Source: Myxococcota bacterium
GTDB lineage: Bacteria > Myxococcota_A > Bradymonadia > UBA7976 > UBA1532
Reading direction: 5' to 3'
DNA: 21,142 nt
Assembly: GCA_036337435.1 (NCBI GenBank)
Contig: JAYZEG010000027.1
Span: 1-21,142, forward strand
A model generated the notes under the pieces. The model worked only from the letters and a program-made list of their open reading frames with translations, had not been told where the DNA came from and did no database searches. Positions 1 through 8,119 of this stretch are shown here, piece after piece (the first letter of the stretch is position 1; each line of letters starts with the position of its first letter). A program made the translations under genes and the position numbers.

Positions 1-1065
1 GTTCGTGCCATACCATATCAACATCATGTCAGGTTTTCGATGAGCCAGGTAGGCCTCAATCGCTGCATCACTGCGCTTCATCAAGCTGTCGATGGATGTC
101 CCGCCAATGGCCAATACGTCCCATTCGATCCCTGCCGTCTCGTATTGGATCAAGAATCCCAGAATCCTGATGGACGCGTCGTCTTCGTTCGCCTCTCCAG
201 TCCTCAAGGTGAGCGTTTTGATGTCGGCCGGCACCGACACTTTAACCGCAGCCAATTGGTCATATTCTCCGTGGCGAACAATCCAAGGCGAACCACGTTT
301 GCTAGCGTCCAGTTTTGTCCCAGCACTGATTGACGCTAAGGTCCGGCTGCCGGCCTCCAAGCGAAAACGCCTATGCCCGTCAGTCCGATGGTAGAAAACC
401 GTGAGATTTGTTTTTCCTTCAGGCCGATTCTTGTCCGTCAGAACAACGTGCAGAGTCTCGTCTGCATCCGTTGCAACAAATGCAATGCCCAGGGGTCCAT
501 AGGGCGGGATGTCGTTCCTCAGCCAATTCTGCCGACGCCAGCCAGACGATTTTTTTAATCGTGCATTCCAACCGACGGGAAATTGATAGGACATATAACC
601 GGGCGAATACGGTCCTTTACTCAACCGTCCCCGCAGCGTTCGCGCAAAGCTGCCTGCGCGACTGTGTGAATCTCCGTAATGGACAACAACAAAAGGGTCA
701 GTGCCTGCCGCCTGACTCTTCTCAGCCAGTTTGTCGTTGAAGCGAGTCATGGCCCCCTTCGGCCCGCTCAGATACTTTGTTTCTTCAAGAATCGAAAACG
801 GGGGCGGTGATGTCGTCGAAAACCGCGCTTTGGCGTCTTTGCGCTTGAGATACCTTTTAAACTTTCCAGACCGTATTTTTTTGGATTTCTTGGCTGTCTT
901 TGCGCTTTTGCCCAGACGGCTAGACCGCTTCGCAAGTCGATTATCGCACCCCTTGCTAGTGATGGTCACAACGCCATCCTTCTCCTGTGAACACAGCTCT
1001 GCCCAAGCGACGGAATGGATGCACAATAAAATGATCACGAGGGTGATGGGGTACAAATGGCGCAT
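1..1065 (-). CDS. Secreted SGNH/GDSL-family hydrolase or O-acetyltransferase (Ape1/PatB-like), 3' end truncated by the window edge
   Basis: Translated by hand; not in the ORF track because there is no stop in the window. ATG at 1065 follows AGGAGAG, and the frame is open for 355 codons to base 1. Signal peptide MRHLYPITLVIILLCIHSVAWA. SGNH block I VVVHYGDSH (GDSH at 675-664), block II GIEWDVLAIGGT, block III PDMMLIWYGTN at the window edge. Confidence 0.85.
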   Translation of the reverse strand, partial: MRHLYPITLVIILLCIHSVAWAELCSQEKDGVVTITSKGCDNRLAKRSSRLGKSAKTAKKSKKIRSGKFKRYLKRKDAKARFSTTSPPPFSILEETKYLSGPKGAMTRFNDKLAEKSQAAGTDPFVVVHYGDSHSRAGSFARTLRGRLSKGPYSPGYMSYQFPVGWNARLKKSSGWRRQNWLRNDIPPYGPLGIAFVATDADETLHVVLTDKNRPEGKTNLTVFYHRTDGHRRFRLEAGSRTLASISAGTKLDASKRGSPWIVRHGEYDQLAAVKVSVPADIKTLTLRTGEANEDDASIRILGFLIQYETAGIEWDVLAIGGTSIDSLMKRSDAAIEAYLAHRKPDMMLIWYGTN

Positions 1066-1272
1066 ATCTCTCCTGAGCCAAACTTCGGCAAACACATAGA
1101 CCTGCTTGCTACTTAGCACAAGTAATTTACTCACAGTGGAGGCGTAGATATGTCACAATTAAGTCACCAGCCACTGAAATTAAGCATATCTGTCGACCGA
1201 TAAGTTGTCGGCACCTGCCATCCAATGCTAAGAGGGGCTCCTGATTTCTTAACCGGCGGTAGTTGTGACCGT

Positions 1273-2817
1273 ATGAATCATCGTTCGCACGTCTATGCGT
1301 TTGTTTTCCCCCTCTTCGTGACCGTCGTCGGGATTGTATCGCTGACTGGTGAAGCCGATCCCATGATCCAGTCTACGGAGCGACGCGCACCGACGCAATT
1401 GCCGAGCCTAGACTGGACCAGCTGGACGAAGGTGACCTTTGCACCGGCGCTGGAAAAGTGGTTTGAAGATCGTTTTTTTGCGCGCCAGGCCTCGTTGACT
1501 GTGCAAACTGAGGTCAATGCCCTAAAAGGGTTTACTCAAGACGGCGATCGCATCGTGGATGTAGACATCGATGCGTTGCTCGATGGACTCGGCTCAGAGG
1601 ACACGCCGGACGAGTCGTCCGGATTCGCTCTGCCCGCAGTTGTAGAGGGGCAAAAAGGCGAGGCTGACCCGATGGCCAAAGCGGATGAGACAATGGCCCG
1701 CCATCCTGCAACGCAATCGACGAACCAGACGTCGACTGTTGAGCTGAACCCAAGCACACACCGTACCCCCGATTGGCAAAACCGAAGCGCGCGCGCCGGC
1801 AAAGTGAATCAGACCCACGAAAATAGCGCGAATACGAAAGCGACCAATACGAAGAGCCGCGCGCCGTCCTTTGGTTCGAAAGTAAAGGGTGCAGGGACAA
1901 AAGCACCACCGCGGACGCGCTTCGTGAAGGGACTGTTGATTAAAGGCAATCGAGCCATACAGCTCTTTGGTGGCTCCAAGCTGGCTGCGAAAGGGTATGC
2001 GGATATTTTGTCTGAGATCGGTCAGAAACTTCCCGATACGGTCAAAATGTACGCGCTGGTTGCCCCGACATCGATTTCGTTTCGCGCTCCGAAAAAATAC
2101 GATCGATACCGAATGCAGGAGCGCAACTTCATCAAAACCGTGGGCGAGTCATTGGCACCCTCAGTGATTCATATCGACCCATACCCGTTGATGGATGAAA
2201 ACCAAGATCAGTATTTATTTTTCAGAACAGACCACCATTGGACGGCGCGAGGTGCCTACTGGGCCTACGTTGCCTTCACCAAGCTCGCAGGCGTACCAGC
2301 TGTCGAACTAGACTCCATGACAGCTCCGGAGCCAAAGACCTTCTACGGTTCTCTCTTCGGCGTTACCCGAGCGAAAGAATTGCTGAGGGGAAAAGATCGC
2401 CTGGAGATCTGGATTCCAAAGGTAGACTACACGGCGACCCGCTTGCTTCGGGGGGCAAGGAAACCTCAAAAGGGGGCAAAGTTTGTCTATCCGAAAAGAA
2501 AATCCTATCTCACCTTCTTAGGGGGTGACTACCCGCAGATGACAGCACGGACAAGTGTCAAAAATGGCAGACGGGTCATGCTGATCAAGAATTCCTATGG
2601 CAACCCAATGGGCCCCTTCCTGCTGCATTCTTTTGAGACGGTCATCATCATCGATTATCGGTCTTTCAAGGGCCAATTGAGTGCTGTGATCGAAGAAGAA
2701 AAAATCACCGACCTGATTGTGCAAAATGCAAGTTTAACCTCTGTATCGAGCTTTCATCATCGAAAGATCAAAGGCCTTTTCAAGCACATGAAGGCGAAAG
2801 CACCCACCGCGAAGTAA
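1273..2817 (+). CDS. DHHW-family protein (AlgJ/AlgX-like SGNH O-acetyltransferase component), N-terminal membrane anchor
   Basis: Motif YLFFRTDHHWTARGAYWAY (DHHW at 2230-2241). N-terminal hydrophobic helix, then ERRAPTQLP...LEKWFEDRFFAR, typical of this family. Ser motif IKNSYGN (KNSYGN at 2587-2604) and IIIDYR. The ORF is open from 1225, but ATG 1273 places the TM helix at the N-terminus. Confidence 0.85.
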   Translation: MNHRSHVYAFVFPLFVTVVGIVSLTGEADPMIQSTERRAPTQLPSLDWTSWTKVTFAPALEKWFEDRFFARQASLTVQTEVNALKGFTQDGDRIVDVDIDALLDGLGSEDTPDESSGFALPAVVEGQKGEADPMAKADETMARHPATQSTNQTSTVELNPSTHRTPDWQNRSARAGKVNQTHENSANTKATNTKSRAPSFGSKVKGAGTKAPPRTRFVKGLLIKGNRAIQLFGGSKLAAKGYADILSEIGQKLPDTVKMYALVAPTSISFRAPKKYDRYRMQERNFIKTVGESLAPSVIHIDPYPLMDENQDQYLFFRTDHHWTARGAYWAYVAFTKLAGVPAVELDSMTAPEPKTFYGSLFGVTRAKELLRGKDRLEIWIPKVDYTATRLLRGARKPQKGAKFVYPKRKSYLTFLGGDYPQMTARTSVKNGRRVMLIKNSYGNPMGPFLLHSFETVIIIDYRSFKGQLSAVIEEEKITDLIVQNASLTSVSSFHHRKIKGLFKHMKAKAPTAK

Positions 2818-2915
2818 ATGCGTCCCCCCCCCGGAAGACGGCTCTACGTCGACGAAACGAGGCGGCTCTGTTACCGTCTCAATCTGGTAGACAAGTCCGT
2901 GAGGGCCGCTTAGAC

Positions 2916-3629
2916 ATGCGCCGACGCACCCAATCGCACCTTTGCATGATCATCGTACTGGCCTGCACACTCATGAGCCTGTCGTGTACAGCGATGCAGA
3001 TTCCAACGACGCTTCAAGGCAAGCGCCTGGCGACGGACAGTGAGTGGCACCTGACCAAAGAACGTGATTATCGATTTGGACATTGGTCGGTGACCGATGC
3101 AGCGAGAACACCTAAAAAAACGGCACAGATGATCCAAAACCCGCTGTTCAAGGGTGAATTCAGTGAACGGGTTGGCAGTCAGTACCACTTTACTCTCAAG
3201 GAGGGAGGCAACCCAAAATACGCAGTGTCGTGTTCAACCTATTCTACGCGCACAGGGCTTAAAATTGGTGCCATGACCATCTCTCAGGATTCATTGGTCT
3301 TGGGTTGCACATTTAGGGCTGTGAAGACTGACCAACCGGTGGGGTCATTGTGGTGCCAAATGGACAAGAAGGGGTTCTTGGGAACCGCTCAATTTGAGAA
3401 CACCGTATTCAATCTACATTCTGTCTATACGACAGGCGGTTCAGCCTTCGTGAAGCCACCGACCCCCTACGGCTATGTCGCCTATGATGACATAAAACCT
3501 GCGGCTGCAATTCAGCTGACCCATGACCGGGCGGTCTGGCTTGAACCCGCCCTCAACGAAGCCAAGAAAAGTCAGTTAGCTGGCACGATAATGGCTTTAG
3601 CCTACTTTCAAAATGTCGCTAAAAAATAG
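2916..3629 (+). CDS. Hypothetical lipoprotein, possibly Tubby/scramblase-like fold (beta-strands around a C-terminal hydrophobic helix)
   Basis: 237-aa ORF preceded by GAGGG. Basic N-terminus, hydrophobic core and SLSC lipobox-like site. Beta-rich body ends in helix SQLAGTIMALAYF. The fold is inference only. Confidence 0.7.
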   Translation: MRRRTQSHLCMIIVLACTLMSLSCTAMQIPTTLQGKRLATDSEWHLTKERDYRFGHWSVTDAARTPKKTAQMIQNPLFKGEFSERVGSQYHFTLKEGGNPKYAVSCSTYSTRTGLKIGAMTISQDSLVLGCTFRAVKTDQPVGSLWCQMDKKGFLGTAQFENTVFNLHSVYTTGGSAFVKPPTPYGYVAYDDIKPAAAIQLTHDRAVWLEPALNEAKKSQLAGTIMALAYFQNVAKK

Positions 3630-3685
3630 CCGGCGGACGGTCGTCTAAAACTGAGGGCACGTTGTCAGAAACCGCTACCTAACCC

Positions 3686-5446
3686 TTATGGTAATTGCGT
3701 TGTCGTCACTCGCAATCGGTATGGAATCGTTTGTTCGGATAAGTTCCTTAGGCTGAAATGATAGGTGCCATTGAAGTCGATTTCTTTTGTCCAGCGCGCG
3801 TAACGATACTGCAGATCGGCAGCACCGATGAGCTGGCAACGGTCTGACCCCTCCATACCGTCGCAACATGTCCCGGTATCGGGATGGACCAAGTTACAAC
3901 ACAGACCATCCCCCTCCCTGCGCAAATCGCAGAAATCAATTTCCGTGATGGTCTCTTCGACACACAGACCATCTCTCTCATAGGCGTCCGCCACGTAGAA
4001 TTTTTGCCAAATCGACGGTTCTTTGGAAAAGACCCCATCGGCCTCTGGTTGTCGGTCAAACCATGAAAGGCAAGGTTCTTGTTCGTTGCCGCGGCAACAA
4101 TACCCTTTCTGATTGTGGATTCTCGACAACGGTGCTGAATCCAAAATTGGATGCGTTCCTTTGCACATCGATCGAAGCGGGTATCCTCCATTGGGATCAA
4201 TAGGCGGTTCGTAGCGTAGATAGAAAGTTAAACTCACGGAGCCGCCCTGCTCGCAGAGTGCACCGCCATCAGCGCCTGCATTGGCCCTGCAATTGTGGAT
4301 GTATGAAAACACGTCCGATGATGGAGTGTATCTATCATTTCCCAGAGGCATGTTTCGGTCCATTATGCCCCTGATGAGCATTTTACCCTCGTAGGCAGCC
4401 GGATTATCGCACGCGAGAGCATCATCGCCGTTTAGGTCTGTGCGGATACAGTCGCCACTGCAAGCGTCATGAGGCTCATCGTTGCCATCATCACAGGCTT
4501 CAAAACCATCGGCGTCATAATCATTTATGTCCAGGTCCATGCGCTCGATGCCATCACCGCAGCGGGCATACTCACACAGATTGGTACATGCATCGGCGTT
4601 CTCCAGATTGCCGTCATCGCACTCTTCTTGGCCGTCGTGGGTAAAGCCGTCCCCGCAGGTAGCGACCCTGCACTCAACCAGACACGCATCAGTGTTCGAC
4701 TCGTTACCGTCATCACACTGCTCTTGACCATTCCATACCAGACCATCACCACAACGTGCCCGCTTACACATGGTGGTACATTGCGCCGTATCGGCATTAT
4801 TCGGGCCATCGTCGCATTCTTCATCGATGTCTACGAAACCATTGCCGCATCCGGCAACAGCACATTGCGCCTGGTCACCCGTATCAAAACAACGCTGTTC
4901 CGAAGGACATGCAAGCGTTCCTTCCCACTCACCCCTCCGATTGCAGTTCTGAAGGCCATCACCATCGCAACGACTCTGGCCCGGAGTACACTCCATTTCA
5001 CAATCGTTGGGACAGGTCACGGGTGTCTCGCCTGCACTACACTGTCCATTCCCGCAGCCGTCTGGTGCCTCAGCGCACAGGATCCCATCGGTTGGTGAAA
5101 TCTGTTGGACGCCCCACTGACATGGACTGTTTAAGACACAGACCAACCGGCAAGACCCTGAGCCAACACAGGCATTTTGCACAGCCCCGCCGCCTTCGAG
5201 GCTGTCAGAGCCTTGAGTGATGTCGATACTCCCAGACGCAGAACACGCAGACTCGGCATCGATTTCCAATTGGGGTGTCGTATTGATAGGGCATTGGGCA
5301 ACCAGATCACTTCGAGCGCAGTCTGTCGCCGCCTGAGTGCCTGCCTCGGCCCCTTCAGTTGAACACCCGCAGAGCAGCGCAAGAAGCCATAACAAGACCA
5401 AAGCAGACCAGACATGTTGCAGTTTTGTCTTGATGAAATATGACAC
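3686..5446 (-). CDS. Cys-rich lipoprotein with 4 Myxococcus cysteine-rich (DUF4215-type) repeats; paralogue A
   Basis: GTG start preceded by AGGAG; lipobox LLCGC; four CG(D/N)G...E.CDDG...D.C...C repeats; Cys-rich C-terminal domain ending GTYHFSLRN...YRLRVT. Confidence 0.9.
   Translation of the reverse strand: MSYFIKTKLQHVWSALVLLWLLALLCGCSTEGAEAGTQAATDCARSDLVAQCPINTTPQLEIDAESACSASGSIDITQGSDSLEGGGAVQNACVGSGSCRLVCVLNSPCQWGVQQISPTDGILCAEAPDGCGNGQCSAGETPVTCPNDCEMECTPGQSRCDGDGLQNCNRRGEWEGTLACPSEQRCFDTGDQAQCAVAGCGNGFVDIDEECDDGPNNADTAQCTTMCKRARCGDGLVWNGQEQCDDGNESNTDACLVECRVATCGDGFTHDGQEECDDGNLENADACTNLCEYARCGDGIERMDLDINDYDADGFEACDDGNDEPHDACSGDCIRTDLNGDDALACDNPAAYEGKMLIRGIMDRNMPLGNDRYTPSSDVFSYIHNCRANAGADGGALCEQGGSVSLTFYLRYEPPIDPNGGYPLRSMCKGTHPILDSAPLSRIHNQKGYCCRGNEQEPCLSWFDRQPEADGVFSKEPSIWQKFYVADAYERDGLCVEETITEIDFCDLRREGDGLCCNLVHPDTGTCCDGMEGSDRCQLIGAADLQYRYARWTKEIDFNGTYHFSLRNLSEQTIPYRLRVTTTQLP
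4439..4852 (-). repeat. Intragenic array of 4 DUF4215-type Cys-rich repeats (about 32-42 aa each)
   Basis: Units begin GCGNGFVD, RCGDGLVW, TCGDGFTH and RCGDGIER; each contains CDDG. Confidence 0.9.
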
Positions 5447-5481
5447 GATACCACGCTCCTGCAGCAGCGGAGTTGACAGCC

Positions 5482-5513
5482 ACTATACTCGGCACCTGTC
5501 ACACCCGAGTCAA
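5482..5513 (-). promoter_or_regulatory. Putative promoter for paralogue A: TTGACT-N20-TATAGT with an ACTCGG/CCGAGT dyad across the spacer
   Basis: Minus-strand TTGACT at 5513-5508 and TATAGT at 5487-5482, about 35 nt before the GTG. Inverted repeat at 5487-5492 and 5505-5510. The spacer is longer than the usual 17 bp. Confidence 0.4.
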
Positions 5514-5563
5514 GTTCTGCACGGTGCTAAACGCGGTTTTCTTATCAATTCAGACCGATGGAT

Positions 5564-7810
5564 CTAGTCGCCTTCGCCTACGTCGACGACCAAGCGATAA
5601 TCAAAGGACTGTTGGGAGGCATTCTTCAGACTGAAATGATAGTCACCATGATATTCGACAGTTTTTGTCCAACGCGCATATCGGTAGGGTAAATTTGCTT
5701 CACCGACAGCCTGGCAGAAGCGGTCCTCACCGGGGACACAACAACGGCCGCCTGGCGGCCTGAGGCCCGTGCAACATTGACCATCCGCACCCCGGCGTTC
5801 ACAAAAATCAACGTCGACAATTGTACCGCGCACACACCCCGGGTTCCGGGAATACGCCTCTGAGATAAAAAATGCCTGAGCCGGCGGGTTCCGTGATGGA
5901 AAAATTGACCTAAATGACTGAAGCCAGGATTGACATTCATCGGCCGGAAGCAGAAGACCATCCAGATAACGCCGACAGCAGTGTCCTGAGTCCGAATCAA
6001 TGCGAGAAAAGGTGATGCCGGTTCGCTCAGCTGGATTGGTTCCCCTGCACAGTGAGCCAAAGTCAGGCGGCACATATCGCAGCGTAAAATTTAAGACCGC
6101 GCGTCGATTCATGGGGCAGAGTTCGCCCTCATCCAATCCACATTGGTGAGTGTAAGTAAAAGTATCGGACCCCGGTTGGCTATTGTCTGCATCGATATTT
6201 GATGCTGCTTCTAAAACACCCACCACCGCCCACTTTCCCTCCGCTGGGATTGGGTTGGAATCACAGGATCGATGGTCGTTATCTTCAATTTCCCGCCGAA
6301 AACAATCGTTGGTACATCCATCGACATCGTTGTCATTTCCATCATCGCAGGCCTCAAACCCAGGCTGTCCGAGGTCATTCAAATCTAGGTCAGTGCGCTC
6401 GATTCCATCACCGCAGCGAGCATTTTCGCACTCATTGGTACATGCATCCGCGTTTTCAACATTGCCATCATCGCACTCTTCTTGCCCCTCATGAGTAAAA
6501 CCATCACCGCAGCGCGCGGGTCGACACCCAACTAAGCATGCGTCGGTATTGGAGTCATTGCCATCATCACAGCGTTCCCGACCATTCCAAACCAACCCAT
6601 CACCACAGCGTGCCCGTCTGCACAGGCTGGTACACTGTTCTGTATCGGCATTGCCGGGTCCTTCATCGCACTCTTCATAGTCTGCTGACGTCATATCTGC
6701 GATATCACGGCGAGTGAACCCATCGCCACAACGAGCTTGCGTGCACTGACTGGTACAACGCGCGGTATCGTTATTACTGGGTCCATCGTCGCATTGCTCC
6801 ACATCGGCGTGCACCAGGCCATCCCCGCAGCGTGCCAGTCGACAGGTCGATGTACACTCACCGGTATCTGCGTTTTCAACGCCATTGTCGCATTCTTCGT
6901 CACCGTCAACACGGCCGTTTCCGCAAAATGACAATTCGCACGCCGCCGTACACCCATCGCTGTCATCGGCATTGGCGTCATCGCACTCCTCGACCCCTTC
7001 ATGGACCGACCCATCACCACAACGGGCAGGCTGACACTGAACGCAGCTATCCGTGGTGACATCGTTGCCATCATCACAGATTTCACCCTCAGTGATCAGC
7101 CCGTTACCACAGCGCGTATTTGTGCAATTAGAATCACAGCCATCACCGTCATCCAGGTTACCATCGTCGCATTCTTCACCGGCATCTACGCGCCCATTGC
7201 CACAGCCAACGCCAACGCATTGAGCTTGGTTCGCCCCCGCCTGCTCACAGCGCTGCATGGCAGGACACGCCAATGCATTCTCCCATTGACCACGGAGATT
7301 ACAATTCTGAACGGCATTGCCTTGGCAACGACTCAACCCCGGCATGCACTCCATTTCACAATCATTGGGACAGCTCTCCGGTGTCTCACCATCATCGCAA
7401 GTGCCGTTGCCACAGCCCTCGGGTGCCGCGGCACAGAGAATGCCTTCGGTCGGGGAGATTTGACTGACGCCCCACTGACAAGGATTCATAAGTTCACAAA
7501 TCAACTTGCATGTGCTCGAGCCAACGCATGCATTTTGGACGGCAGCAGCACCATCAAAGGTCTCGGCACCCTGGCTTAAATCAATACTGCCGGCCCCCGT
7601 GCAGGCAGACGTTGCATCCAGCTCGAGACGGGGTTCGGTATTGGGTGGGCATTGGTCCACCAAGTCATTTTTTGCGCACTCGACCGCTGCTTGTGTCCCG
7701 GCTCTCGCCCCTTCATCGGCACACCCAATATGGATGACCGTCGTCGACACGAGACCCAATAACAGAAAGCGTCGAATGAATTTGAGAGCGTTAGGTGACG
7801 TGACCATCAT
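5564..7810 (-). CDS. Cys-rich lipoprotein with 9 Myxococcus cysteine-rich (DUF4215-type) repeats; paralogue B
   Basis: 748-aa ORF; signal peptide ending HIGC; nine CG(D/N)G...CD(D/N/E) repeats; N- and C-terminal domains are colinear with the 3686..5446 protein. Confidence 0.9.
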   Translation of the reverse strand: MMVTSPNALKFIRRFLLLGLVSTTVIHIGCADEGARAGTQAAVECAKNDLVDQCPPNTEPRLELDATSACTGAGSIDLSQGAETFDGAAAVQNACVGSSTCKLICELMNPCQWGVSQISPTEGILCAAAPEGCGNGTCDDGETPESCPNDCEMECMPGLSRCQGNAVQNCNLRGQWENALACPAMQRCEQAGANQAQCVGVGCGNGRVDAGEECDDGNLDDGDGCDSNCTNTRCGNGLITEGEICDDGNDVTTDSCVQCQPARCGDGSVHEGVEECDDANADDSDGCTAACELSFCGNGRVDGDEECDNGVENADTGECTSTCRLARCGDGLVHADVEQCDDGPSNNDTARCTSQCTQARCGDGFTRRDIADMTSADYEECDEGPGNADTEQCTSLCRRARCGDGLVWNGRERCDDGNDSNTDACLVGCRPARCGDGFTHEGQEECDDGNVENADACTNECENARCGDGIERTDLDLNDLGQPGFEACDDGNDNDVDGCTNDCFRREIEDNDHRSCDSNPIPAEGKWAVVGVLEAASNIDADNSQPGSDTFTYTHQCGLDEGELCPMNRRAVLNFTLRYVPPDFGSLCRGTNPAERTGITFSRIDSDSGHCCRRYLDGLLLPADECQSWLQSFRSIFPSRNPPAQAFFISEAYSRNPGCVRGTIVDVDFCERRGADGQCCTGLRPPGGRCCVPGEDRFCQAVGEANLPYRYARWTKTVEYHGDYHFSLKNASQQSFDYRLVVDVGEGD
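6293..7207 (-). repeat. Intragenic array of 9 DUF4215-type Cys-rich repeats
   Basis: Units begin GCGNGRVD, RCGNGLIT, RCGDGSVH, FCGNGRVD, RCGDGLVH, RCGDGFTR, RCGDGLVW, RCGDGFTH and RCGDGIER. Confidence 0.9.
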
Positions 7811-8093
7811 TCACTTATCCCAGCAGACACAGAGCCTGTCCATATATGTCGGGTCTTCGCAGTCTGCGTCAAGTATTGAACCAATGCCATAGCCATTGCA
7901 CCGAAAGCTGACCCATAAAAATCACAGAAGACAGGATTAAATGGCCCATCTTTACGCGTTTACAATGACTCTTCAGACTCGGAGAGCGCGTTCACTCCAT
8001 TGACTCAGTTCCAACCTATACAGAGACCGAATGGGTGCCGATAGGCTGGGACCGCACGTCCATCCAAAAAACATCCCCCCCATGTTTATGCTC

Positions 8094-8119
8094 AAAAAAC
8101 GCTCCACAGAGCGTTTTTT
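8094..8119 (-). terminator. Intrinsic terminator (bidirectional type) immediately after the metalloprotease gene
   Basis: Perfect inverted repeat AAAAAACGCTC-CACA-GAGCGTTTTTT abutting the TAA at 8122-8120; T-runs on both strands. Confidence 0.8.

Noticed and set aside
40..1099. Several plus-strand ORFs (40..333, 92..394, 373..558, 408..740, 731..1099)
   Set aside because: They are antisense to the SGNH gene, which has an RBS, a signal peptide and catalytic motifs.
4439..7207. Periodic nucleotide repeats (ccatcatcgca-like) considered as a CRISPR array or DGR template/variable repeats
   Set aside because: The repeats are degenerate at synonymous positions and in frame within proteins. There is no cas or reverse transcriptase gene, and I saw no adenine-specific mismatch pattern.
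4469..7579. Hydrophobic-looking plus-strand ORFs 4469..5098 and 7001..7579
   Set aside because: Antisense translations of Asp/Cys/Gly-rich repeats give Val/Ile/Ala/Thr-rich sequence; these are not real membrane proteins.
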